NCBI GenBank assembly: GCA_030649135.1
Contig: JAUSGI010000008.1
Span: 32,001 to 96,000, forward strand
DNA from: a bacterium
GTDB taxonomy: Bacteria; Patescibacteriota; Minisyncoccia; Phycocordibacterales; Zambryskibacteraceae
DNA: 64,000 bases
Direction: 5' to 3'
The notes beneath the pieces were generated by a model. It saw nothing but the letters and a program-made list of their open reading frames with translations, ran no database searches and had not been told where the DNA came from. The position numbers were made by a program, and so were the translations under genes. Below, in pieces: positions 28,736 through 36,782 of this stretch. Position 1 is the stretch's first letter; every line of letters begins with the position of its first letter.

Positions 28736-29194
28736 ATGTCACTGCACCAAGATATCAGAGAGCAAATGAAAGAGGCCATGAAAGCTCGCGACGCCTTACG
28801 TCTGAATGTTATTCGCGGTCTCTTGGCCTCCTTTACCAACGAGGCTGTTTCCAAGAAAAGGAAGCCCGACGAAGAACTTTCGGATGAGGAGGTTTTAACT
28901 GTCATAGGAAGGGCGGTCAAGCAGAGAAAAGATTCAATAGAACAATTTGAAAAAGGTGGCCGAACGGATTTGGCCGAAGTGGAGAAATCAGAACTCTCTA
29001 TTCTCGAGACTTATCTACCACAGCAAATGTCCAAGGATGAAATTGTGGCGTATGTGAAATCAAAACAGGCAGAACTTGGTATGACCGACCCTGCCAAAAA
29101 GAATCAATTCATGGGTACCATCATGAAAGAGTTGAAAGGCAAAGCTGACGGCACTTTGGTTAAAGAAGTGATTGACACTGTGATTGTTTCGTGA
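28736..29194 (+). CDS. yqeY: GatB/YqeY domain protein
   Basis: Size 152 aa. YqeY-like pattern ...MKAMKARDALRLNVIRGLLASF...ELKGKADG. Confidence 0.75.
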   Translation: MSLHQDIREQMKEAMKARDALRLNVIRGLLASFTNEAVSKKRKPDEELSDEEVLTVIGRAVKQRKDSIEQFEKGGRTDLAEVEKSELSILETYLPQQMSKDEIVAYVKSKQAELGMTDPAKKNQFMGTIMKELKGKADGTLVKEVIDTVIVS

Positions 29195-29221
29195 TACTGT
29201 CGAATAAGAAGGAGGTGCTCC

Positions 29222-29377
29222 CATGAGTCGTCTCCCGAAGAAAGCGAAGAAGGATGCTTCTACTACTCCCCCCGAGCAGGTCGATGACTACCTAACGAGG
29301 GGGGAAGATTACGCGGACGAGCTCGAGGAGTTCTTCCGCGAGCAAAGGAAGCGTAAGGAGGCGCTTCCCAAGAACTA
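29222..29377 (+). CDS. Small highly charged hypothetical protein (51 aa)
   Basis: Strong SD AAGGAGG 8 nt upstream. Followed by hairpin gagggcgggcgccccaagcgctcgccctc. MSRLPKKAKKDASTTPPEQVDDYLTRGEDYADELEEFFREQRKRKEALPKN. Confidence 0.4.
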
Positions 29378-29424
29378 GTTCACGTTATCGAGGGCGGGCG
29401 CCCCAAGCGCTCGCCCTCATCTGT

Positions 29425-29685
29425 CTATTTTAAATATCCTTCCTTTCTCAATCTCTCAATTTTAAAGACTGTCCCGTCTCTGTATCCGCCAATTTTCCCA
29501 TCCGAGCGTATCACCCTGTGGCACGGCACTTTGGGGTCCACATTTTTATTCAAAATATTCCCCACCGCCCGGTATGCCCTTGGCCTCCCTGCCCTCTTGG
29601 CCACGTCCTTATAAGTGAGCACTTTTCCTTTGGGAATAGTTTTGACTACAGTATAAACTTTCTCTTTTAAATTCATCATTAACAT
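29425..29685 (-). CDS. MGMT-family (Ogt-like) methylated-DNA--protein-cysteine methyltransferase DNA-binding domain protein
   Basis: VVKTIPKGKVLTYKDVAKRAG...PCHRVIRSDGKIGGY carries the PCHRV active-site motif. The true start is at the MLMMNLKEK methionines, so the ORF does not overlap the guaA 3' end. Confidence 0.75.
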   Translation of the reverse strand: MLMMNLKEKVYTVVKTIPKGKVLTYKDVAKRAGRPRAYRAVGNILNKNVDPKVPCHRVIRSDGKIGGYRDGTVFKIERLRKEGYLK

Positions 29686-29755
29686 ATTACGTGTTGGTAT
29701 TGTAAAAGAAAAGGTCGGTCGCCCACGAAGGACGACCGACCACGACCGAATCCGA

Positions 29756-31417
29756 CTAGCCCCACTCGATAGTCGAGAATGGCTTGTCGGAAGTACGATA
29801 AACCATGGCGCCGATTCCTGGTACTTCGTTTCCGGCGCGACGAACGAAACGCTTGTGGAACTCAAACGGAAGCTCCATTGCCTGCGCAGTGAACCCGTTC
29901 ACGCTAGAGACTGCCCAGTAGGCGATTACTGGGCCACTGCCAGCATCATCGCCCTTGGTGGTAGTGTGCACTGACTGGGTGACAACGGCACCAGCCTGCC
30001 ACACCAATGGATAGAGTCCGGTGCTCCGGAGCTCTTCGATATAAATGCCGTCCAACTGGCTCTCCATGGCAAGTTTCTCACGAGTCACTTCCCCTTCGAT
30101 ACGTACAGCAAGCCCTGGACCAGGAAATGGATGACGGGTAAGAAGTTCTTCCGGGACACCAATTTGTCGCCCGATATCCCTTCCTCCGTCCTTGACGCAG
30201 TCGGCGAGTGGTGTCAGTTCCTGAAAACGGAAGTTAAGGTTTGTGTTGTGATGGATCTTTATCGTAGCTTTCCGCGCCCCGCTTGCGTATCCTCCTCCGC
30301 TCTCGGAGATGTCAGTGTTGAGTGTTCCTTGTGCGATGAGTACCTGGTACTTACCATTCTCGCTCAAGCGCTCGGCTTCTTCCTCGAGCACGGGTTTGTA
30401 AACACCACGCATTACTAAGCGCTTGGCGCGCATAGCAGTCGGTGCCTTGTTGATACCCAGCAAACGTTGCCACCATGACCGCCTGGGTGAGAGTGCCCCA
30501 AGAAACCTATCAGTGGCATCGACGATTATGAGGGTGATCCACGGTTGGTTCTCAAAGTAACGACGTACGAAAGCCTTATCGTCAGGCCGATCGAGACCAC
30601 CAAGGTAGACACCATAGAATTGCTCGCGCCCGCTTGTAGCCTCCTTGATCAGGTATGCAGAAGTGGCAGAGTCTGACCCACCGGAGAGGGCCAGTACAAC
30701 CCTCTTGTCACCGATTTGTTCACGTAGCTCTGCGATCTTGCGCTTCGCGATGTCTCCCGCCGGAAAGCGATCTCTCGCTTTGCAGATCAGGAAACAGAAG
30801 TTCTCCAATATTCGTGGACCATCTGTGGTTTCAGAAACTTCCGGGTGAAACTGCACTCCATGGAGATGTCTCCACGAAGCAGCTGCCAAAGCATTTTCGG
30901 TAAAGCCGTAGACCGTGTCGAAGCTTACTGGTCCGTTCCCTTGGATCTGGTCTCCATGACTTTGGAGCACTAGCATTTCCTTCGAACATCCGCGAAATAG
31001 TTTCTCGAAGGTACGGAGCTTTAACTCATGGGTGCTGAACTCTTTACGAGTGGCAGCAGAAACCTGGATACCGATGTGCTTGGCCCACATCTGGAAACCC
31101 AAACAGATACCGAGCACCGATATGCCGAGATCGAAAATTCTCGAGTCGAAGGGTGGTGGTTCCATATGAACGGAAGCTGGTCCACCCGACAAGACGATGC
31201 CGGTCGGTGAAAGTATGGTGACATCTTCAGCCGTGACTGATGCCGGGTCAGCGACCAGACAGTAGACGCCGAGTTTGGCGAGCGCCTGGAAGATGAGGTG
31301 ATCGAACTGACTGCCCATGGCAAAGAGTAGAAAGACTTCTCTAGTGTGGCGAATCAGCATCTCTTCGTGGACAGCATCCAGTGATTCTGAAGTTGCCCTC
31401 CGGAAAGTGTCGAGCAT
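29756..31417 (-). CDS. guaA: GMP synthase (glutamine-hydrolysing), GC-rich
   Basis: GATase LGICLGFQ. ATP-PPase SGGSDSATSAYL. C-terminal ...TIEWG. Confidence 0.9.
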   Translation of the reverse strand: MLDTFRRATSESLDAVHEEMLIRHTREVFLLFAMGSQFDHLIFQALAKLGVYCLVADPASVTAEDVTILSPTGIVLSGGPASVHMEPPPFDSRIFDLGISVLGICLGFQMWAKHIGIQVSAATRKEFSTHELKLRTFEKLFRGCSKEMLVLQSHGDQIQGNGPVSFDTVYGFTENALAAASWRHLHGVQFHPEVSETTDGPRILENFCFLICKARDRFPAGDIAKRKIAELREQIGDKRVVLALSGGSDSATSAYLIKEATSGREQFYGVYLGGLDRPDDKAFVRRYFENQPWITLIIVDATDRFLGALSPRRSWWQRLLGINKAPTAMRAKRLVMRGVYKPVLEEEAERLSENGKYQVLIAQGTLNTDISESGGGYASGARKATIKIHHNTNLNFRFQELTPLADCVKDGGRDIGRQIGVPEELLTRHPFPGPGLAVRIEGEVTREKLAMESQLDGIYIEELRSTGLYPLVWQAGAVVTQSVHTTTKGDDAGSGPVIAYWAVSSVNGFTAQAMELPFEFHKRFVRRAGNEVPGIGAMVYRTSDKPFSTIEWG

Positions 31418-31625
31418 TTGCTACCTCCTTGGTTGGTTGTTAGCCCTAGAACATACGGCTTGAGCTGCTCTCTAAATAGACTACACATTATTAAAAACTA
31501 AAGCCATACCCTTGCAAAATGGTCTTTTTTGTTTCGAGACTCGCTCTCCACAACTTTTTTCTTACCCAAAGAGGTTTGTCTGTACTATAATGTATCGACT
31601 ATTAAAAACATAACAGACCCACGCC

Positions 31626-33941
31626 ATGAAAAAACCCGTCTCTCGCGCTAAACGCACACAAATTCTTTCCATCATCAAACGAGACGGTTCAGTAGTACCT
31701 TTTGATACTGGCAAAATTGCCCGCGCGGTAGAAAAAGCCATGCGCGCCGCCGGAGAGTTGGTAAATGGCGCGCCGGAGAGAATTGCGGAGGCCGTTTTCC
31801 AGAAAGTGCGCATGCCGAAAGAGGATAAGTCACTACCAACCCCAACTGTTGAGGGTGTGCAGGACTTGGTAGAAGCAGAACTCATGCTTCAGAAGTTTCT
31901 GGCCACCGCCAAGGCCTACATTCTCTACCGTGAAGAACGAACCAAGCTTCGTTACAAAGGTGTGGAAGTGCCGCAAAAAGTTAAAAAGCTTGCCACCGAC
32001 AGTAAAAAGTATTTTAAAAACCAACTCGGTGAATTTATTTATTATCGCACTTATTCCAAATGGATTGAGGATGAGAATCGCAGAGAAACTTGGATAGAGA
32101 CTGTCGATAGGTACATGGATTTTATGAAAGAGAATCTTGGACAGAAATTAAAAGATGCCGAATACGCAGAGGTGAGAGAATCTATTTTAAAACAAGAAGC
32201 TATGCCGTCTATGCGACTCTTGCAATTTGCGGGCAAGGCCGCTCGGGTAAATAATGTATGCGCGTACAACTGCTCTTATATCGCGCCGGAAGTTTTTCGT
32301 GATTTTTCCGAGATTATGTATATCTCGATGTCCGGTACTGGCGCAGGTTGGTCGGTAGAAAGCGAAAATATTCAGAAGTTGCCGCAAATTAAACGTCAGA
32401 CCGGTAAGAAACTGCCGACCTTCGTGGTGCCTGATAGTAAAGAAGGGTGGTGCGATGCACTCACGCTAGGTATGGAAACATGGGCAAACGGTTTGGATAT
32501 TGATTTTGATTTTTCCCAACTTCGTCCCGCCGGCGCCCGGCTGAAAACTATGGGAGGCAAGTCCTCGGGACCAGAGCCGTTGCGCGAACTCCTGACCTTT
32601 ACCAGGAGAAAGATGCTTGCCCGACAAGGCAAGCGGCTGGAAAACATTGATGCCCACGATATTATCTGTGAAATAGGCAATATCGTGGTGGCCGGAGGCG
32701 TGCGCCGTAGCGCCATGATTTCCCTCTCCGACCTCGAAGATAGCGCCATTCGTGATGCCAAGAAAGGACAATTTTGGAATACAGACCCGCAGAGAATGCT
32801 CGCCAATAACTCTGCCGTGTACGAGACCAAACCGACCAACACCGAATTTGTTGACGAGTGGCTGGCGCTGATGAAGTCCAATTCCGGGGAACGTGGCATT
32901 TATAATCGCGGCGGGTTACAGTTTACTTTGCCCAAACGTCGTCTGTCCCAGTTTACTTCCGAGACCATGCCGCGTTGGGGAGGCAATCCGTGCGGAGAAA
33001 TTATTCTGCAGTCAAAACAATTTTGTAATTTATCAGAAATTGTGGCGCGAGCGGAAGATACGGAAGCCACTTTACTGCGCAAACTAAAAGTTGCCACTAT
33101 TCTCGGGACGTATCAGGCATCGCTCACCAATTTTCCGTATCTCTCGAAAGAGTGGCAGGAAAATTGTGAGAAGGAAGCTCTGCTCGGTGTTTCTATCACC
33201 GGTCAGTGGGATTGTCCGGCCGTGCGCAAACCGGCAGTCATGCGAAAATTGCGCGATGAAGCTGTCAAAATAAATAAAGTGTATGCCAAGCGTTTCAGTA
33301 TCAATCAATCTACCTGCGTGACCTGCGTTAAGCCGTCCGGCAATCTTTCTCAAACAGTTGATTCCTCTTCCGGCATTCACCCGCGACATTCCGCATTCTA
33401 CATTCGACGTGTTCGCATTTCCAATACCGATTCACTTTTCAAAATGTTGCGTGACCAAGGTGTACCCTTCCATCCGGAAGTGGGACAAACTATGGAGAAT
33501 GCCACCACCTTCGTTTTGGATTTTCCGGTGAAAGCACCCGACCGCTCGGTCTTTAAAAATGACCAAAGTGCGATTGACCAGCTGGAATACTGGAAAATGG
33601 TGAAAGAAAATTTTACGGAGCATAATCCTTCCACCACTATTTCTATCGGTGATGACGAATGGATAGAAGTGGCAAACTGGATTTATAAAAATTGGGATAT
33701 TGTCGGGGGGCTGGCCTTCCTACCGCGCGAGAGCCATGTCTATAAACTCGCGCCCTATGAGGCCATTGATGAAAAGACATATACCGAGATGAATAAGCGC
33801 TTCGGGAACATTGATTTCTCCAAAATTGTGACCTACGAAGTGACTAACGAGCTTGACCAGAAGGCGGAACTTGCCTGTGTCAGCGGTGTTTGTGATGTTG
33901 ATGCCGTGGGGACATCGGCTGAACCCGGTTCCGTCAAATAG
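31626..33941 (+). CDS. nrdJ: Class II (adenosylcobalamin-dependent) ribonucleotide reductase with N-terminal ATP-cone
   Basis: ATP-cone VVPFDTGKIARAVEKA. Active-site block GGNPCGEIILQSKQFCNLSEI. 771 aa monomeric. Confidence 0.8.
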   Translation: MKKPVSRAKRTQILSIIKRDGSVVPFDTGKIARAVEKAMRAAGELVNGAPERIAEAVFQKVRMPKEDKSLPTPTVEGVQDLVEAELMLQKFLATAKAYILYREERTKLRYKGVEVPQKVKKLATDSKKYFKNQLGEFIYYRTYSKWIEDENRRETWIETVDRYMDFMKENLGQKLKDAEYAEVRESILKQEAMPSMRLLQFAGKAARVNNVCAYNCSYIAPEVFRDFSEIMYISMSGTGAGWSVESENIQKLPQIKRQTGKKLPTFVVPDSKEGWCDALTLGMETWANGLDIDFDFSQLRPAGARLKTMGGKSSGPEPLRELLTFTRRKMLARQGKRLENIDAHDIICEIGNIVVAGGVRRSAMISLSDLEDSAIRDAKKGQFWNTDPQRMLANNSAVYETKPTNTEFVDEWLALMKSNSGERGIYNRGGLQFTLPKRRLSQFTSETMPRWGGNPCGEIILQSKQFCNLSEIVARAEDTEATLLRKLKVATILGTYQASLTNFPYLSKEWQENCEKEALLGVSITGQWDCPAVRKPAVMRKLRDEAVKINKVYAKRFSINQSTCVTCVKPSGNLSQTVDSSSGIHPRHSAFYIRRVRISNTDSLFKMLRDQGVPFHPEVGQTMENATTFVLDFPVKAPDRSVFKNDQSAIDQLEYWKMVKENFTEHNPSTTISIGDDEWIEVANWIYKNWDIVGGLAFLPRESHVYKLAPYEAIDEKTYTEMNKRFGNIDFSKIVTYEVTNELDQKAELACVSGVCDVDAVGTSAEPGSVK

Positions 33942-33944
33942 GTA

Positions 33945-34487
33945 ATGCTCTATACTCGCAAGGGGGATAGTGGGACATCGGGGCTTTTCGGCACTAAGGA
34001 GCGTTTCTCGAAGGATAGCCCAATCTATGAAGCGCTCGGTACTCTAGACGAACTTAATTCCCTACTGGGTGTATGTCATGCGTATACCTTGCGTGAGAAA
34101 GAAGGGGGGGTTATGGCCGACGTGATCAGAAATGTTCAGGAACGTCTTTTTGTCGTTCAGGCAGAATTGGCGGGGGCGGATAAATGCATTACACAGACTC
34201 AAGTGGACGAGTTGGAGAAGACGGTAGACCGATATGAGGCGCAGATAGAAAATCCTCATGCCTTTATTATTCCCGGCGCAACAGGGTTGTCGGCTCTGCT
34301 CGACTATGCTCGAGCTGTGTCTCGCAGAGCGGAACGAGTAGTTATTGGAGCACATGCTCCCCACGAAGCGTCGGCTCCCACTAGAGCGTATCTTAATCGT
34401 CTTTCGAGTTTGCTGTATGCCCTGGCTCGGCATGTGGCGGGAAAAGCCGGTGCGCAAGAACCCGCCCCAACGTATAAGGAAGTCTGA
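33945..34487 (+). CDS. ATP:cob(I)alamin adenosyltransferase, PduO type
   Basis: MLYTRKGDSGTSGLFGTKERFSKDSPIYEALGTLDELNS matches the PduO-type N-terminus. 180 aa. Confidence 0.85.
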   Translation: MLYTRKGDSGTSGLFGTKERFSKDSPIYEALGTLDELNSLLGVCHAYTLREKEGGVMADVIRNVQERLFVVQAELAGADKCITQTQVDELEKTVDRYEAQIENPHAFIIPGATGLSALLDYARAVSRRAERVVIGAHAPHEASAPTRAYLNRLSSLLYALARHVAGKAGAQEPAPTYKEV

Positions 34488-34535
34488 TATTTTCTTGATT
34501 CCTCGTCCCTTTTTCGTTATTGTTTCTTTGTTAAA

Positions 34536-34607
34536 GGCCTCATCGTCTAGCGGCTAGGACACAGCCTTCTCAAGGCTGGAACCGGGGTTCGATTCCCCGT
34601 GAGGTCA
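34536..34607 (+). tRNA. tRNA-Glu (anticodon CTC)
   Basis: GGCCTCATCGTCTAGCGGCTAGGACACAGCCTTCTCAAGGCTGGAACCGGGGTTCGATTCCCCGTGAGGTCA. Cloverleaf with 7-nt anticodon loop TTCTCAA, U33 and A37. CCA is not encoded. Confidence 0.85.
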
Positions 34608-34744
34608 TACGAGCGGAAAGCACATGAACTGCTTCATGTGCGGGCGAAGTATGAAGACGGAAGCATATTTTTCTATCAAGAAAAATAGCTGAGTCCGGGG
34701 CTGGAAAATCTGCGAGTGGCGACGAGCAGATTATTGTGGCTCAC

Positions 34745-34767
34745 ATAGATTTGCATGCGAAGCATAC
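34745..34767 (+). repeat. 23-bp direct repeat, copy 1 (atagatttgcatgcgaagcatac)
   Basis: Second copy at 35493-35515 with 1 mismatch. Both are followed by atacaattt-like sequence. It contains a TTGCAT/TTGAAT -35-like hexamer. Confidence 0.6.
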
Positions 34768-34791
34768 GTTATTGGTATACAATTTGTACAT

Positions 34792-35199
34792 ATGACCTAC
34801 CTAAGCTACTTAATGGGAGCAGACAATATTGAGGATAAAGAGCTTACTGATTTGGGTATTAGTATTGAGGAGAAAAAGGCTGATGGAGACAGAACACTAA
34901 AGGTTCCAGATGAAAAGTTGAACGGGTACATTGAGTTAATGAAAACCAAGCTGAATAATGGCTTTTGGAATGAGATGGTTGGAGAAAGGGAGATCATCTT
35001 TGTTTTCAAGCTAAAAGATGGCTCAATCAAAGAATATAGGCTTTCACCTGAAAATGAGCAAGAAATTGATAACTTGTGTGCTGAACTGAATAACGAGCTA
35101 CCAGAGAAAACAGTAAATGTTTACAAGTACATTTCAGACAATAAGTTCTACCGTGATTTCATGATGGAACACTATGCTGATTTAATTAATAGAAAATGA
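34792..35199 (+). CDS. Hypothetical protein (135 aa), low GC
   Basis: Open frame with ATGA stop/start overlap to the next ORF. No recognised domain. Confidence 0.5.
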   Translation: MTYLSYLMGADNIEDKELTDLGISIEEKKADGDRTLKVPDEKLNGYIELMKTKLNNGFWNEMVGEREIIFVFKLKDGSIKEYRLSPENEQEIDNLCAELNNELPEKTVNVYKYISDNKFYRDFMMEHYADLINRK

Positions 35200-35405
35200 A
35201 ATTCCCACCAGAACCAAAAACTCCTTATATTTTGGATAAAGAACAGGATAAACGCATTTTTGAAAAACTCTCCAAATTCAAGAATAAAAAGCTAACTAAA
35301 GGACAGGAGGAGCTGATTGCTTTTCTTTACACACAACTTGAGGACGACTGGAGAACACCCCTTGAGGAGTTCATAGACAAGCTACTCGGAAGCACTCAAG
35401 CCTAA
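35196..35405 (+). CDS. Hypothetical protein (69 aa), translationally coupled to upstream ORF
   Basis: ATGA overlap. Charged helical protein. A hairpin gcaggcaaactgctttgcctgc lies downstream at ~35464-35485. Confidence 0.45.
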   Translation: MKFPPEPKTPYILDKEQDKRIFEKLSKFKNKKLTKGQEELIAFLYTQLEDDWRTPLEEFIDKLLGSTQA

Positions 35406-35492
35406 CAAAGAACTCTACAAAGGGTTTTGAATCTGATATCGTTAGGGTCACAAAATGTGTAAAGCAGGCAAACTGCTTTGCCTGCGGACATT

Positions 35493-35515
35493 ATAGATTT
35501 GAATGCGAAGCATAC
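35493..35515 (+). repeat. 23-bp direct repeat, copy 2 (atagatttgaatgcgaagcatac)
   Basis: See copy 1. Followed ~40 nt later by a strong terminator hairpin. Confidence 0.6.
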
Positions 35516-35552
35516 AATTTTTACCTAAAATAATTCCTTATTTATCAATACA

Positions 35553-35590
35553 CAAAAAGCCCGATTGCTCGGGCTTTTTGTGTATTCGAG
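35553..35590. terminator. Bidirectional rho-independent terminator
   Basis: aaaaagcccgattgctcgggcttttt is a hairpin flanked by A-tract and T-tract. Confidence 0.6.
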
Positions 35591-35603
35591 TGGCTCACAA
35601 TTA

Positions 35604-35693
35604 CTTCTTCCCCTCCTCACATCCACAGGCACAAGTACCATTTTCGGTGGTGTGAACATGGTCGCACTTGGAACATTTAGTTTCTTCTGGCAT
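35604..35693 (-). CDS. Tiny Cys/His-rich peptide (30 aa)
   Basis: Hand translation of the minus strand gives MPEETKCSKCDHVHTTENGTCACGCEEGKK. The terminator lies immediately downstream. It is below the ORF-track size cutoff. Confidence 0.3.
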
Positions 35694-35974
35694 AGTATAG
35701 TTGTTTAGTATTCTAATATATTCGCCGACCTTTTAAGTATAATATTTTATAGAGAGCAAAGCAATCCGTTTTTTAGTTGTGTATACCTGTATTTTTAAAA
35801 AATTCTTCCGGCGAAAAAGAGAAAACATGGAAAGGCGGAACGGGGCGAGGGCGGGGCGCCTAGTCCACGCGTGCGAAGTGGGTTCGCGCATGGGTTAGAA
35901 TATCCTCACAACTTGATTTTTATATAAAATCGTGTTATTTTGTGTTTAGATAAGTCAAGAGGGGGAAATCTTCC

Positions 35975-36529
35975 ATGAAATCAACTTCCGCTCCAATTCG
36001 TATCACCCAGGCAACCCCAGAAGACGTACTAGGTATGCAGGAAGTCTTCTACAAGACTTGGCTCGCAACTTACCCAAATGTCGAGTACGGTATCACCGTC
36101 GAGGACATCAGGGAGCGTTGGAAAAATCGGCTCGATGATGAGTACCTTGCCAAACGGCGTGAGCAGATGGCCAATCCCCCAATCGGTGAGTTGACTTTAG
36201 CCGCTCGGGATGGAAATCTGGTGGTTGGTGTTTGCCGGGTCATCAATCTTCCCAACAAGAACCAGCTGCAGGCACTTTACGTTCTTCCCGAATATCAAGG
36301 AAGAGGTGTCGGTACCACTTTGTGGGAAGAGGGTCGTAAATTCCTTGACGCTACACGAGACATCGAGGTTTGGGTCGCAACCTACAACACCAAGGCTATC
36401 GCATTTTACCAGCATCTTGGCTTTAGAGAAACGGGAGAGACCGACCTCGACGAACACTTCAAAATGCCTATAAGTGGTAACGTTATCCCGGAGATTGGGA
36501 TGGTGTTGAAGGCAGAACCGGCATCTTAA
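35975..36529 (+). CDS. GNAT-family N-acetyltransferase
   Basis: Motif A QGRGVGTTL. AIAFYQHLGF. SD AGAGGGGG. Confidence 0.85.
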   Translation: MKSTSAPIRITQATPEDVLGMQEVFYKTWLATYPNVEYGITVEDIRERWKNRLDDEYLAKRREQMANPPIGELTLAARDGNLVVGVCRVINLPNKNQLQALYVLPEYQGRGVGTTLWEEGRKFLDATRDIEVWVATYNTKAIAFYQHLGFRETGETDLDEHFKMPISGNVIPEIGMVLKAEPAS

Positions 36530-36570
36530 TGGGTGCCGTTTTTCTTTTATTGTATAATATAGAAAATAAT

Positions 36571-36771
36571 ATGAGCCACTTGTTTCGTAGCGATAAATGT
36601 AAAAAATGCGGTGGGGATGCACCCAACTGGAAGTGTCCAAAGTGCGCTAGCACGTCGAGTGTTTTTGACCCATTACATTGGCAGAAATGTCGTTTCGGAG
36701 CAAAATATCAAGCGCAGTGCCAGAAGTGCGGTGAAGCCGAAGATAATTGCACTTGCACAATAGTTTCCTAG
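36571..36771 (+). CDS. Small Cys-rich zinc-ribbon-like protein (66 aa, 10 Cys)
   Basis: MSHLFRSDKCKKCGGDAPNWKCPKCAS...CRFGAKYQAQCQKCGEAEDNCTC. TATAAT at ~36551. Confidence 0.45.
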   Translation: MSHLFRSDKCKKCGGDAPNWKCPKCASTSSVFDPLHWQKCRFGAKYQAQCQKCGEAEDNCTCTIVS

Positions 36772-36782
36772 TTTTTAAATTT

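Noticed and set aside
32396-32899. 167-aa minus-strand ORF inside nrdJ
   Set aside because: It is antisense to the conserved class II RNR coding sequence, so a shadow ORF.
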